The position numbers and the translations under genes are program-made. Below are positions 17,820 to 29,064 of a stretch of DNA of 64,000 nt, piece by piece. The stretch comes from Candidatus Anstonellaceae archaeon (GTDB lineage Archaea; Micrarchaeota; Micrarchaeia; Anstonellales; Anstonellaceae): the NCBI GenBank assembly GCA_038887295.1, contig JAWAKW010000001.1, positions 173,668-237,667 on the forward strand, read 5' to 3'. Every line of letters starts with the position of its first letter. Positions within the stretch are counted from its first letter, which is position 1. The notes beneath the pieces are model-generated. The model did no database searches, was not told where the DNA came from, and worked only from the letters and a program-made list of their open reading frames with translations.

Positions 17820-19598
17820 TCAGATTTTTTTGGTGAGAGAGAGTATTTCATAAAGCAGCTCAAGTTCTTCCTTTTCTAATTGGCCTTTGGCTTCAAGCTC
17901 GCGTGCTTCGCTTGAGACAATGTAAGTGTAAAGGTAATCATGCTCAGAAAAGGATTTGCCACAAACTGCGCCTTCAACCGAGATTGCAACCTGCTCCCCT
18001 TTTTTTGCAAGCTGAAGCCCTTTGCCTTCCTTTTGTATCTCTCGCACTTCACCTACAATCTCTCCGGCAGCAGTCATCAGCCTCACTCCTTTCTTGAGCT
18101 TGCCTGCAACCACTTCAATGCCAAATATCGCTGGCTTGCTTGAGCGGAAGGTGCATCCCGGAAGCACCAAAATTTTTGCAGGCAAGGGAAGCCGTTCTGC
18201 AGCAGCCTTTGCCTGGTTTTTTTTCTGCTCCTCCACCCAATCCAAATATTCCTGGCAAAGCGAATAAATCACATTAGAATGGAATATTTTCACCCCAAGC
18301 CTTGCCGCCTCCTCATACGCTTCTTCTTCCACCCCAATATTGAAAACCAGCACCACGCCAAGATATGGGTTGGATGAAGCCACCACAGAAGCATCTATCA
18401 CATCCTTGCGCGTTACCTTACCTATGCCTGCCCTTTTTACCTCCACCCCGCTGTTAGAAAGCAGTTTGCGCAGCGCCTCAAGCGAGCCGAGGGTGTCTGC
18501 CTTTACAATCACCCCGCTTTTGCCGGTGTCTTGCAGTATTCGCTTTATCATTGCGTCAATCTCTGCACCTTCACCTTCCTGGCCTACAAGGACAGGCGAG
18601 CCAGGAAGCGCGTCCTGCAGTCCAGGAGCATATACTTTCACCCCGCAGGCTGCAATCACCTCATCTATGTAATCGTACTTTTCCCGGTCGGTTGGCCGAA
18701 GCTTGGGCTTAAGCAGCGCCCGCACCCGGACAGAGGCAGCACCATTTATTGTCCCAAAAACTATCTGGTCGTTTTTGCGAAGCTTTCCTTCATACAAGAT
18801 GATATCTATGGTGGTGCCCAATCCCTTTTCCTCCTTTACCTCAAGCACCGTTCCTCTTGCAGGCTGATCCTCCTTTCTGGAAAGCTCCCGCTCCAGGAAT
18901 TTTTGTGCAAGCCCCGCCACAGTCAGCAAAAGCTCAGGCACGCCCTCAGAAGTCCTCGCAGAGACAGGTATGATTGCAATCTGCCGTGTAAAGTCCTTTA
19001 TCCTGTCAAACCTCTCTGCTGAAAATCCTTCCTCTACAAGCGAGCCTACTATTCGGTATATCATCTCCTCAAGCCTGGCTTGCACTTGCGGCTTTTGGCT
19101 TTCAATTGAGGAAATGATGGAGCATCCGCCCTGCTGGCTCTTCCAGCCTTCCACCAAATCAATTTTGTTTGCAGCAACTACAAAAGGAGTCTTGAATTGC
19201 TTCAGTATTGCCAGGCTCTCCTTTGTCTGCGGCTGGAACCCAGCTGTCAAATCCACCACCAATATTGCAATGTCTGCAATGCTCCCCCCGCGCTGGCGCA
19301 GGTGAGTGAACGCCTCGTGCCCTGGAGTATCTATGAAAAGGAGGCCTGGAATGGTAAATTTCGGAAGGGAGCTGACTGCTTTGCTGCAGGCAGCCTTTAT
19401 GTCCTCAAGCGAAATCTCTGAGGCGCCAATATGCTGGGTTATTGCGCCTGCTTCTTTTTTTGCAACATTTGTTTTGCGTATCGCATCAAGAAGGGTGGTC
19501 TTGCCATGATCCACATGGCCCATCACCACTACAATCGGCTGGCGAAGCGACATGCCCTCACCTGTTTTCCCCCAAGTAGCGCCCAGAATATCCAGCAT
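17820..19598 (-). CDS. infB: translation initiation factor aIF5B (IF2 homologue)
   Basis: GTPase motifs GHVDHGKTTLLD and DTPGH; 592 aa. Confidence 0.9.
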   Translation of the reverse strand: MLDILGATWGKTGEGMSLRQPIVVVMGHVDHGKTTLLDAIRKTNVAKKEAGAITQHIGASEISLEDIKAACSKAVSSLPKFTIPGLLFIDTPGHEAFTHLRQRGGSIADIAILVVDLTAGFQPQTKESLAILKQFKTPFVVAANKIDLVEGWKSQQGGCSIISSIESQKPQVQARLEEMIYRIVGSLVEEGFSAERFDRIKDFTRQIAIIPVSARTSEGVPELLLTVAGLAQKFLERELSRKEDQPARGTVLEVKEEKGLGTTIDIILYEGKLRKNDQIVFGTINGAASVRVRALLKPKLRPTDREKYDYIDEVIAACGVKVYAPGLQDALPGSPVLVGQEGEGAEIDAMIKRILQDTGKSGVIVKADTLGSLEALRKLLSNSGVEVKRAGIGKVTRKDVIDASVVASSNPYLGVVLVFNIGVEEEAYEEAARLGVKIFHSNVIYSLCQEYLDWVEEQKKNQAKAAAERLPLPAKILVLPGCTFRSSKPAIFGIEVVAGKLKKGVRLMTAAGEIVGEVREIQKEGKGLQLAKKGEQVAISVEGAVCGKSFSEHDYLYTYIVSSEARELEAKGQLEKEELELLYEILSLTKKI

Positions 19599-20046
19599 CA
19601 GCTTTCTCAGACAGCCTCACAATCACAAGCTGCGCCACCCTTGCATTCCTGTGAAGCACAATCCCTTTTGGGTTGTGCACCACAAGAAGCGATTCGCTTC
19701 TTCCGTGGTATCCAGGGTCCCACAAAGCACAAGCAATATCCGCCCCGCATCTTAGAAGCGAAGAGCGAGGGAATCCAAATGCAGCGCAGCCCAGAGGAAC
19801 CCTAACATACTCATTGTAAATTATTTTGTAGCACCCCTGCGCTAGCCTCACTCTTCCTTGCTCAAATTCAATCTTTTCTGTTTTGCTTATTTTGCGGGAG
19901 GAATTATCATAATCTATCTCGCCTTCGCTTTGGAAGGCATGCACTTCCTGCAGCGTCAAATCTATACCCGCAGGTTGGACTTGCACCTTTTCATTTATTC
20001 CCTCCACAAATTTGGCTGCCTGCTTCCCCCTCAATATCATGCTCAA
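19558..20046 (-). CDS. dUTPase / dCTP-deaminase-family paralogue
   Basis: The QPAGIDLTL motif and beta-barrel dUTPase-like length; its 3' end overlaps the aIF5B start by 41 nt. Confidence 0.6.
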   Translation of the reverse strand: MSMILRGKQAAKFVEGINEKVQVQPAGIDLTLQEVHAFQSEGEIDYDNSSRKISKTEKIEFEQGRVRLAQGCYKIIYNEYVRVPLGCAAFGFPRSSLLRCGADIACALWDPGYHGRSESLLVVHNPKGIVLHRNARVAQLVIVRLSEKADAGYSGRYLGENR

Positions 20047-20077
20047 AGTTTAAGCCGCACGTTATTAAAAATCTGCT

Positions 20078-21085
20078 TTAAAAGGCAGAGAATCCCAAAA
20101 CACATACAAGCGAAATCAGCAGATTGTCATCTTCGTTTTGGAGGCTTTCTGCAACTGCCGCCAAAACAGCAACCAAAAGCGCCTGCCAGCCGAAAGCAAC
20201 AACCGGCAGGCAGGCTGCCACAAATGAAACACTTCCTTCCACTGTTTTCTTCTTGTTGTAGGGCAGTAGCACCTTCCCTCTTCTGCCTATCAAGGTGCTT
20301 GCCGCATCCCCGGCACCCAATATGAAAATAGAAGCCACTATTTCATCCGTTAGGGGCAGAAGAGTGATTGCCGCAAGAGCACCTGCAAAAAGGGTGATTG
20401 CTCCATGTCCTGGGATAGGAGAGGGGCGGTCAAAAAGCGCAAGGAAAAAATCCGCAATGCCGACCCCAAAAATATGAAGCCAAGCAAAAATCATGCCCAA
20501 TGCAAGTGCTGTTCCCACCACCAACTCACCTGTATGCGCACCAAAAAGCCAAACAAGCGCAGCAATCAGCATACAAGCTGCAAAGTGGGCAAATTGCCTT
20601 GCGTCTTCAGCAGGGGCAAGTGCGCCAAATTTTGGCTGCAAAAAGGCTGGCCGATATATGTATTGCGCAAGCATGCAGGCAAAAATGGATAAAGCAAGTC
20701 CAGCGGCAACTTCAGCAAAAGTATGCACCCCAAGATAAATGCGAGAATACGCAACCAGCCATGCAAAGGCAAAGTAGCCCAAAAACAACCTGCTTGTAAG
20801 GAAAGCAGTTGCAACGCTGAAAGCTATAAGGGAGTGCAGGGAGGGAAGTGAGTAGTCTTGGGGGCACGCTACTGCAGAGGCAGCCTCTGCGCAAGGCCTC
20901 TCCTTTGCAAGAAGATTCTTAAGCCCGAACCCAAGCAAAATTGCAGCCATTAATGCAACTAAAGCAAATGCAACCCTTTTTTTCTCTCCAACTACCCAGG
21001 CAAGCCCAAGGAGAGCTGTAGTGGTTGCCCCAAAAGAATACGGGTGGTGCAAAAGCAAAGCAGTAGCATAAAACAGGTCAGGCAT
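20078..21085 (-). CDS. PAP2-family membrane phosphatase (polytopic, fused C-terminal membrane domain)
   Basis: PAP2 motifs (KERPC..., PSLHS, SRIYLGVHT) within a polytopic protein. Confidence 0.6.
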   Translation of the reverse strand: MPDLFYATALLLHHPYSFGATTTALLGLAWVVGEKKRVAFALVALMAAILLGFGLKNLLAKERPCAEAASAVACPQDYSLPSLHSLIAFSVATAFLTSRLFLGYFAFAWLVAYSRIYLGVHTFAEVAAGLALSIFACMLAQYIYRPAFLQPKFGALAPAEDARQFAHFAACMLIAALVWLFGAHTGELVVGTALALGMIFAWLHIFGVGIADFFLALFDRPSPIPGHGAITLFAGALAAITLLPLTDEIVASIFILGAGDAASTLIGRRGKVLLPYNKKKTVEGSVSFVAACLPVVAFGWQALLVAVLAAVAESLQNEDDNLLISLVCVLGFSAF

Positions 21086-21102
21086 AAATTTGCTTTTGGC
21101 CG

Positions 21103-22221
21103 ATGCCTTTTATTATTTACCTTCTAAGTAGCCTTATGGCACAAAAAAAGGCAAGGCAGGCAAGCTTGGCAGAAAGTCAAGAGGACAAGCCAGACCATGT
21201 GGATGCTTTGGTGGCAAAGGCTTTTGACTCCGACCCATCGGTGCGGCTGCAGGTTGCGCGCGAGCTTGGGAAAATAGATGACCCGCGGGCAGTATTTGCC
21301 CTTATTGAGCTTTCCTCAGACAAAGACGAGCAGGTGCGCCAGGCAGCACAGCAGTCGCTGGACAATTTCAAGGATGAAGAAAAAGAAGCAATTGTTTCGC
21401 TTGAGAAGCTTCTTGCAGAGCGCAAGGAATCCACCCAGCAGCAGCCTACTTCTTCTTCCAAAGTTTCGCAGCTGATGGCGCCCACTATCGAAAAGCTGTT
21501 TTCCCATTACGAGCCGCAAAAAAGGGAATCTGTCAAAAGGAAGCTTTTTCCTTCCCTTCAAAAGCTATTTGGCTTTTCCAAGCAGGATTTGGATCCGCTT
21601 CAGGGGTTGGACAAGATAGGCACAGTTGAAAAGGAAGAGACTCCAAGGGAGGAGTCAAAGCCCCAAAATGCATCTAATTTCCCAATCGGGCAGCACCAGG
21701 AGCCAGCACTTCCACAAAGAGAAGAAACGCCAGCAAAGGAGGAAGAGCTGGAAGAAGCCCCGGTTGAGCAAGGAAGGCTTTTTGAGATTGCATACAAACT
21801 TGCAACTACTCCGGGAATTGGAAAAGCGGATCTTAAGCGCGAGCAAAACAGGTTGCTCTCGAACTTCAAAAAAGAGCTTTCGCTTGCGTTCAAGATGGCA
21901 GCTGCAAAAGCAGCACAGGAAGGCCTTACAAGCTTTTCTGGCCTCAAGCCAGGGATGAAAAATCTATCCTTTGCAGAAATGCAGATAGTTTCAATCTCTG
22001 ATGCAGAACATCAGGAAGGGGTAAAAAGGAAGCCTTATGCAAAAATCAGGCTTACAGATGGGCACAAAGAGCAGGCGGTGCTGGTTCCTCACGAGAGAGC
22101 AGCAGGACTAAAGCCACAAGACAAAATCATCCTGAAAAATGTTTCAGTGGATTTCCTTGTTGAAACCCAAGAAGTAGTCCTGCTCGTCAAGCCAAAAAGC
22201 AAAATCCTTTTAGTCAAGTAG
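21103..22221 (+). CDS. HEAT-repeat protein with a Glu/Pro-rich linker and a C-terminal OB-like domain
   Basis: HEAT-type repeats (DSDPSVRLQVARELGKIDDPRAVFALIELSSDKDEQVRQAAQQSL); an acidic low-complexity middle region. Confidence 0.5.
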   Translation: MPFIIYLLSSLMAQKKARQASLAESQEDKPDHVDALVAKAFDSDPSVRLQVARELGKIDDPRAVFALIELSSDKDEQVRQAAQQSLDNFKDEEKEAIVSLEKLLAERKESTQQQPTSSSKVSQLMAPTIEKLFSHYEPQKRESVKRKLFPSLQKLFGFSKQDLDPLQGLDKIGTVEKEETPREESKPQNASNFPIGQHQEPALPQREETPAKEEELEEAPVEQGRLFEIAYKLATTPGIGKADLKREQNRLLSNFKKELSLAFKMAAAKAAQEGLTSFSGLKPGMKNLSFAEMQIVSISDAEHQEGVKRKPYAKIRLTDGHKEQAVLVPHERAAGLKPQDKIILKNVSVDFLVETQEVVLLVKPKSKILLVK

Positions 22222-22953
22222 CCTATCCTGCTCTTTCATCAGCCTTTTTACTTTTGCAATCCTTTTGAGCAAAGATGGGTGGGCGCTCAAAGACAAAAGA
22301 TTTACGATCTTTTCAGCCAGTCTTGCGTTTTCCCAGAACTTTTCAAGCACTTCCAGCAGCTCTTTCCCATAACCCATCATTACTGCAAAGCGGTCAGCTT
22401 GGTATTCCTCTTTGCGTATCTTGATTTTTTTTGCATGCAAACGCTTCAGCAAGTCAAAAAAGCATGAGGCAAATTCTATCATTCCGCACGCTTTTTGAGA
22501 TATGTTGCCCCTCCAACATCGGCGTATTGCATTTTCAAGCCGCTTAAAGCTCAATAAAATCTCCAAATTTTCATCATCGTTTTTGTCGCCCAAACCTATG
22601 TGTCCAATCTCATGAGCTATAACTGCAAGAAGCTGCCCGTCATTTGCTTCCTTCAGCAAAGGGGTGCTGAGGAAAATGTTCATACTTTTTGAAGTAAATG
22701 CATTCCATCTGGAGTCCTCAAAGCTCAAAAAGAATATTTCTTCTGCTTTTGCCTCCTGTAGCATCTTTTGAATCTCTGCAAGGATTTGCGGGCGATCTTT
22801 GGCGAGGTTTACAATGCTTACGCCAACTGCAGAAGGAACAGCCCTTATTCCATCGGCCTCCAATATAGGTATTTTCTTCCATTTATTTTCTCCTCTTGGC
22901 AAAGTTGGCTGCTTGCAAGAGGCGCTCTGAAGTGACTGGTTTGGCTTTTGCAT
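22210..22953 (-). CDS. zinc metalloprotease (HExxH, M48/HtpX-like soluble form)
   Basis: Motif AHEIGHIGLGD plus a downstream Glu. Confidence 0.5.
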   Translation of the reverse strand: MQKPNQSLQSASCKQPTLPRGENKWKKIPILEADGIRAVPSAVGVSIVNLAKDRPQILAEIQKMLQEAKAEEIFFLSFEDSRWNAFTSKSMNIFLSTPLLKEANDGQLLAVIAHEIGHIGLGDKNDDENLEILLSFKRLENAIRRCWRGNISQKACGMIEFASCFFDLLKRLHAKKIKIRKEEYQADRFAVMMGYGKELLEVLEKFWENARLAEKIVNLLSLSAHPSLLKRIAKVKRLMKEQDRLLD

Positions 22954-23017
22954 GCTGATTTTGTGCTGGAAAATGTTTATAAGGTTGTGTTTAAAAGTGA
23001 ATTTACACGTAAAATGG

Positions 23018-23539
23018 TCATTCCACTTTCCTTATTTTAAGATAAGGTGAAATCCAGCGGCAAAACTCAAACCCAAAAACCACAAGCTTTCCCTTTTCCT
23101 TCTTAACCCTAAACCCAAGCCTCAAAAGCACTATTTCATCAGTTGCATCCCCTTCAAAATAGCAAATCTTTTCATTTTCTAAAACTCCACCAGTGGAATC
23201 GAATAAGCCTGCAAAATAGGATGCGGCAAATTCATTTTTGTATTTGAGCCTCTCCTGTCTCTTTTCAAGTTCTTGCTGAAGCCATGCTCGCACTGCGCTA
23301 TTGTAAAAGTAGCATTTCTTGCCACTTTCTTGATCGTATTTTATTTTGTTTGGCTGGGCAAAACCTTCATCCAAGCAGATTTTGATAAATACCTCGCAGA
23401 GCTGCTGGCTCCCCTCCACTCCAACTCCTTCCTTCGTTTTTCTGCCTTTCCACAGCCCTAAAATATAAGCTCTGGTAGGATTCATCACAAGCTTCATGCA
23501 AAAATAGCTGCAGGCAAAATTAAATAGCATTTTATACAT
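23018..23539 (-). CDS. LAGLIDADG-like homing-endonuclease-fold protein (free-standing)
   Basis: Two LAGLIDADG-like segments (YILGLWKGRKTKEG and YFAGLFDSTGGV). Confidence 0.4.
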   Translation of the reverse strand: MYKMLFNFACSYFCMKLVMNPTRAYILGLWKGRKTKEGVGVEGSQQLCEVFIKICLDEGFAQPNKIKYDQESGKKCYFYNSAVRAWLQQELEKRQERLKYKNEFAASYFAGLFDSTGGVLENEKICYFEGDATDEIVLLRLGFRVKKEKGKLVVFGFEFCRWISPYLKIRKVE

Positions 23540-23558
23540 TTGTGCACATCAATTTCTT

Positions 23559-23825
23559 ATGCCCCCAACATATTCTGAGCACGGGCAAACTCTCCAAAGC
23601 TCTTGTTCTTTGCTGATAAATCAAATAGACTCAGAGCTAACAAAATCCAAGCAAACAGGCTCACCTGCATACAACAATACTCTTGCCAAAATCAAGGACG
23701 AGTTAAGCAAACTTGACTTTTCCAAGGTCGATGCTTCAAATAGGCAAAATTATGAGAGGCTGCTTGCCTCATATAAGCTGCTTTTTTATCTGCTGAAGCT
23801 AAGGCAGGAATATTCGCTCCAATAA
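23559..23825 (+). CDS. hypothetical small protein (ORFan cluster 2)
   Basis: 88-aa ORF that opens a co-directional block of unknown genes. Confidence 0.4.
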   Translation: MPPTYSEHGQTLQSSCSLLINQIDSELTKSKQTGSPAYNNTLAKIKDELSKLDFSKVDASNRQNYERLLASYKLLFYLLKLRQEYSLQ

Positions 23826-23841
23826 CAATGGATTTGTCATT

Positions 23842-24564
23842 ATGAAAAATCAGAGAAATTTTGAGGCTAGCCTGAACATGCTTTGCGACAATCTGCTTCC
23901 TTCCTTAGTTTCTTCTGCCACCAAGTCTTTGTCAGATGGCGTCTTTTTTGCTCCACAGAATCTTCGTCAAAGAATCATGTCAAACGTGGTGATTGCGTTT
24001 TCTAGTCTTCGTAGAAGCTCTATAAGGCCGCAAGAGGTTGCAGATGCGCTTCATACTTTAGGAATGCAAGATTTTTCAGGTGAGTATTTCTTTGAGCGCC
24101 CACGAGGAAGAGATTTCAGCGGAGTGTGGAAGGATGCAACAGAATTTGTGGATTATGCGATAATGTATGGAAGCGGCAAAGTGAAGGAAAGCAAACCAGT
24201 GCAGATTGCAAGAACCACCATCCACGACTTTTTCAAGGATACATCACTTTCAATAAGTGAAAGATATGGATTCTACCTCTCACTTGTCGAGCTTTTCTCC
24301 AAATCTCCAACCCTTGCGTACAGGATAATTGCACAAGCAGACGGAGCAACTCCAAAAGAAAAGCTCCTTAATGCATTTACCGAATTCAATCAAACATATG
24401 GAAATAGATACGGTACTATCTCACTTCCAGATGCTAATTTGGGCGCATTGCATAATGTACGCACTCCATTCTATTCTTCCTTGCAGGAATTTAAGCAGCA
24501 CAACAGCGCAAGCCTTGTTTCACTCTTTGGGAAAATCCAGATGGGAAATTTGATGCATATATAG
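23842..24564 (+). CDS. hypothetical protein; likely the 5' part of a frameshifted larger gene
   Basis: The ORF ends at the TAG at 24562-24564, but an adjacent reading frame is open across this point and continues into 24678..25712. Confidence 0.5.
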   Translation: MKNQRNFEASLNMLCDNLLPSLVSSATKSLSDGVFFAPQNLRQRIMSNVVIAFSSLRRSSIRPQEVADALHTLGMQDFSGEYFFERPRGRDFSGVWKDATEFVDYAIMYGSGKVKESKPVQIARTTIHDFFKDTSLSISERYGFYLSLVELFSKSPTLAYRIIAQADGATPKEKLLNAFTEFNQTYGNRYGTISLPDANLGALHNVRTPFYSSLQEFKQHNSASLVSLFGKIQMGNLMHI

Positions 24565-24566
24565 AT

Positions 24567-25712
24567 GCTAATTTCAGGGTAAATCAAGAAGGTCCAAATA
24601 AAGGAAAATACTCGGTTGATCTTCTCAATTCTGCCCTTGCAAGGCTGAATACTGCTTCAAATTATTACTATTCAACCTTGATTTCAGAATTTGCAGGCCC
24701 TGCTCAAAATGGCAGCTGGATGATAAACGACAGAGCAGTTCAGGATTTGAATGGCAACAATAAAATAGATGCGTTCGAGCTTTTGCCAATATTTTCTGAA
24801 GAGGATTTGAAATCCACTGCAAGCTCTCTTTTCCAGAAAAGATTGACCTTTTTTCAGCAGTACGTCTCAAACCTAAATCAGCTGATAAATAAATTAAAAA
24901 CCTTCAATCCAGACGCCAAAGGCAAAGAAGAAGCAACCTCAAGAATGGCAATTTTAGTAAGTGCAGGCTTTTTTGAAGAAATTACTCAAGAAACCTATGA
25001 AAGTTTGCAAGACAAATCACTTTCATTTAAGCTTGGTGATAAATATTATCAGCTTACAGAAGTTGGCAAGCAGGCAATCAATCAAATCGATGTAAGCCAA
25101 GATCAAACAAAATATGCAACTGCAGTTAAGCAAGTTAAGGACGGACTTGATGAAAGACTTATTTCTAATGGCAAGATGAAGGAAAAGTATGCCTGGCTTG
25201 GCAACCTCATTCTTTTTGTAAAAGAACAGCTTTCTCCCTCTTCACAAGAGCCTTACTGGATTAAAGGCGATGAAACAAAAGGAACCGAGCAAAGAAAATC
25301 CATATATCAGCAGTCACTGTTGGATGTAAACAAAATAAACAACCTTTCAGAAGAGTACAGTCCATCTTCTATCTTTGAGCTTGCCTTTTACAATGCTTCC
25401 AAGCAGCAGCCAGATTTGAATTTGCAAAATCATCTGTTTTATAAAAATGGGAACACACAGACCCCTCGTACCAGAGAAGAGCTTAAAGCTTTGTCTGCAA
25501 GGCTTGCGAACTCAGAATTAAATCCGCAATCATTAATCCAGAAAATCCAATCATTTGATTCAGGTGAAATCCAAAAAGAAGAAAACCAACAAAGAACAGA
25601 CCAGGAAAACTCGCAACAGATTAGCCAAACCATCCCAGAATCATTTTTAACCTCACTAAATGAGGCACAAAGACTGTTGGCAATCAGCTGCAAGCAATTA
25701 GAAAGTATTTGA
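24567..25712 (+). CDS. hypothetical Q/N/K-rich protein; likely the 3' part of the same frameshifted gene
   Basis: The frame is open from at least 24540 (manual translation ...DANFRVNQEGPNKGKYSVDLLNSALARL...). The ORF track shows only the Met-start portion at 24678. Confidence 0.5.
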   Translation, partial: ANFRVNQEGPNKGKYSVDLLNSALARLNTASNYYYSTLISEFAGPAQNGSWMINDRAVQDLNGNNKIDAFELLPIFSEEDLKSTASSLFQKRLTFFQQYVSNLNQLINKLKTFNPDAKGKEEATSRMAILVSAGFFEEITQETYESLQDKSLSFKLGDKYYQLTEVGKQAINQIDVSQDQTKYATAVKQVKDGLDERLISNGKMKEKYAWLGNLILFVKEQLSPSSQEPYWIKGDETKGTEQRKSIYQQSLLDVNKINNLSEEYSPSSIFELAFYNASKQQPDLNLQNHLFYKNGNTQTPRTREELKALSARLANSELNPQSLIQKIQSFDSGEIQKEENQQRTDQENSQQISQTIPESFLTSLNEAQRLLAISCKQLESI

Positions 25713-25978
25713 ATGATGACATGACCATTAAGGAGGAATATACAAAGACAGAAAACAACCAGCTAGTGCTCGACGAATCAAAATTCGAGCCTGACGAATA
25801 TCTTCGTCTGCTTGCTTATTTTAACCTAAGTACTAACGTTGCATATATGATAAACAAATATTTTGAGATATCTCAGTCGAAAGTAATGCCTAAAAGCGGG
25901 GTAACTTTTGACTCTGCAGACCAGCAGACATTAAACGAATCACTCAAGTTTTTCAAGGATCATTTTCCTGAGCAATAA
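25709..25978 (+). CDS. hypothetical small protein
   Basis: 89-aa ORF overlapping the previous stop by 4 nt (translationally coupled). Confidence 0.4.
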   Translation: MNDDMTIKEEYTKTENNQLVLDESKFEPDEYLRLLAYFNLSTNVAYMINKYFEISQSKVMPKSGVTFDSADQQTLNESLKFFKDHFPEQ

Positions 25979-25979
25979 C

Positions 25980-26894
25980 TCAGCTTCCAAATTTCGGTCC
26001 ATCGCGTTGCCACCTATCATCGGGCTCGGCATGAATTAAAACCTCGCTTATTGATGGAAAGCTCTTGCGCAGTCTTGCTTTGACTTTTCTGCAAACTTCA
26101 TGCGCTTTTTTGATGTTCATCCTTGGAGAAAGCTGGATGTGAACATCCAGCTGGATTTTGCCAGAAGCGCTGCGCGCCCTCATTTTGTGAAAAGATCGCA
26201 CTCCCTTTACTTTCATTATTTCGCGACCATACTTTTCCAGCTGGGCAAGAGGAGGGCTTTGGTCAGTAAGTTCAGCAATTGTTTCCTTGCCCACTTCAAC
26301 CACGAGTCTGTACATAAACAATGCTACAACAACTGCGACCAGAGGATCAAGCCAATATACGCCCCACATGCTTGCCACTAGTCCAAAAAGCACTAAGCTG
26401 TTTTGTGCTATATCGCTTGTGTAGTTGCCCAAAAATGCAGAGATTGCAGGCGTTTTGCTTGCAGTCTTTTTGATATACCAAACAAAAACTATATCCACTA
26501 TTACAGTTATTAGAGCAAGCAATATTTCTACTGCTCCAACTGCAAGGACTTTCCCCTCGATCAGCCTCTTTATCGCCTCAATCAAAATCCAGCTTGCAGC
26601 AGCGGCAATCAGCGCAAGTTGAGCAATTGATGCAAGGGCATCATATTTCCCATGCCCAAAGTGATGATCCACATCAGCAGGTGCATTTGCCTGCCTTATT
26701 CCAATATACGCAAATGCATTCCCAAGCAGATCAAATAATGAATCAACCAACACTGCAAATACTGCAATCGAGCCAGTAAGTGCTAAAACTGCTGCTTTGA
26801 TTAAAATGAGGAAAACGTTTGCAACAAATACCACACTTATTGTGCGCAAATTTCGCATTGCAAAGATTTTTGCCGCACAGTATTTATTTTGCAC
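25980..26894 (-). CDS. cation diffusion facilitator family transporter
   Basis: Six-TM N-terminal domain with the HFGHGKYDALASIAQL motif and a C-terminal cytoplasmic domain. Confidence 0.8.
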   Translation of the reverse strand: MQNKYCAAKIFAMRNLRTISVVFVANVFLILIKAAVLALTGSIAVFAVLVDSLFDLLGNAFAYIGIRQANAPADVDHHFGHGKYDALASIAQLALIAAAASWILIEAIKRLIEGKVLAVGAVEILLALITVIVDIVFVWYIKKTASKTPAISAFLGNYTSDIAQNSLVLFGLVASMWGVYWLDPLVAVVVALFMYRLVVEVGKETIAELTDQSPPLAQLEKYGREIMKVKGVRSFHKMRARSASGKIQLDVHIQLSPRMNIKKAHEVCRKVKARLRKSFPSISEVLIHAEPDDRWQRDGPKFGS

Positions 26895-26902
26895 GCTTCA
26901 GG
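26891..26902 (-). promoter_or_regulatory. 3'-flank half of the 16S processing stem
   Basis: gcacgcttcagg here is perfectly complementary to cctgaagcgtgc at 28634-28645 in the 5' flank; adjacent TTGTCTCTGTT/AACAGAGACAAGG also pair. Confidence 0.6.
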
Positions 26903-26964
26903 CGAAAACCGCAACAGAGACAAAAAAGCCTCACCCCTTGCTTCAAGACGCTCCATTCTTTATT

Positions 26965-28577
<1,613 letters not shown>

Positions 28578-28633
28578 CGGTCTTGCAAGTGGAATTGCGG
28601 TAAAGCACTTCCTTGTCTCTGTTTCGTTTGTTC

Positions 28634-28645
28634 CCTGAAGCGTGC
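28634..28645 (-). promoter_or_regulatory. 5'-flank half of the 16S processing stem
   Basis: See the partner at 26891-26902; this geometry is typical of archaeal pre-rRNA bulge-helix-bulge processing stems. Confidence 0.6.
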
Positions 28646-28785
28646 GTCGAACGCGAAAGAATCGCATTCCCATTGAAAGCATTCGCTGATGCTTAAAGTT
28701 TCGGTGTGCCACAAAGGCATCAGCAAACTTTTGCCATCAGCCGCTTGTGGCTGATGAAAACGCGCAAGTGCTATCTTTGCCCAAA

Positions 28786-28797
28786 AGCATTTATAAA
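28786..28797 (-). promoter_or_regulatory. candidate TATA box of the 16S rRNA promoter
   Basis: ATTTATAAATGC on the minus strand lies about 210 nt upstream of the mature 16S 5' end; this position is inferred only. Confidence 0.3.
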
Positions 28798-29064
28798 TCT
28801 TGTCCCCGGTCAGCTGCTTATCTACAATGCCAAGTCCAAAATTTCCAAGCAATGCTTGCACTCTTACTGCCTATGCAGCTGCAGTACAGCACATTAGGTA
28901 CTTAAGGTCGCACTTATTAATTGCCTCAAGAAATAGCTGTTTGAATACTGCTTGCTTGCCTCATCCAGTGGAGGCAATGTTTTTTGCAAATTCCTCTCCA
29001 AAAGAGAAGCACACCGAAGGAAGTGACGCTCAGTCTTGCCTTTCCTGCCAGAATGGACTCTTTT

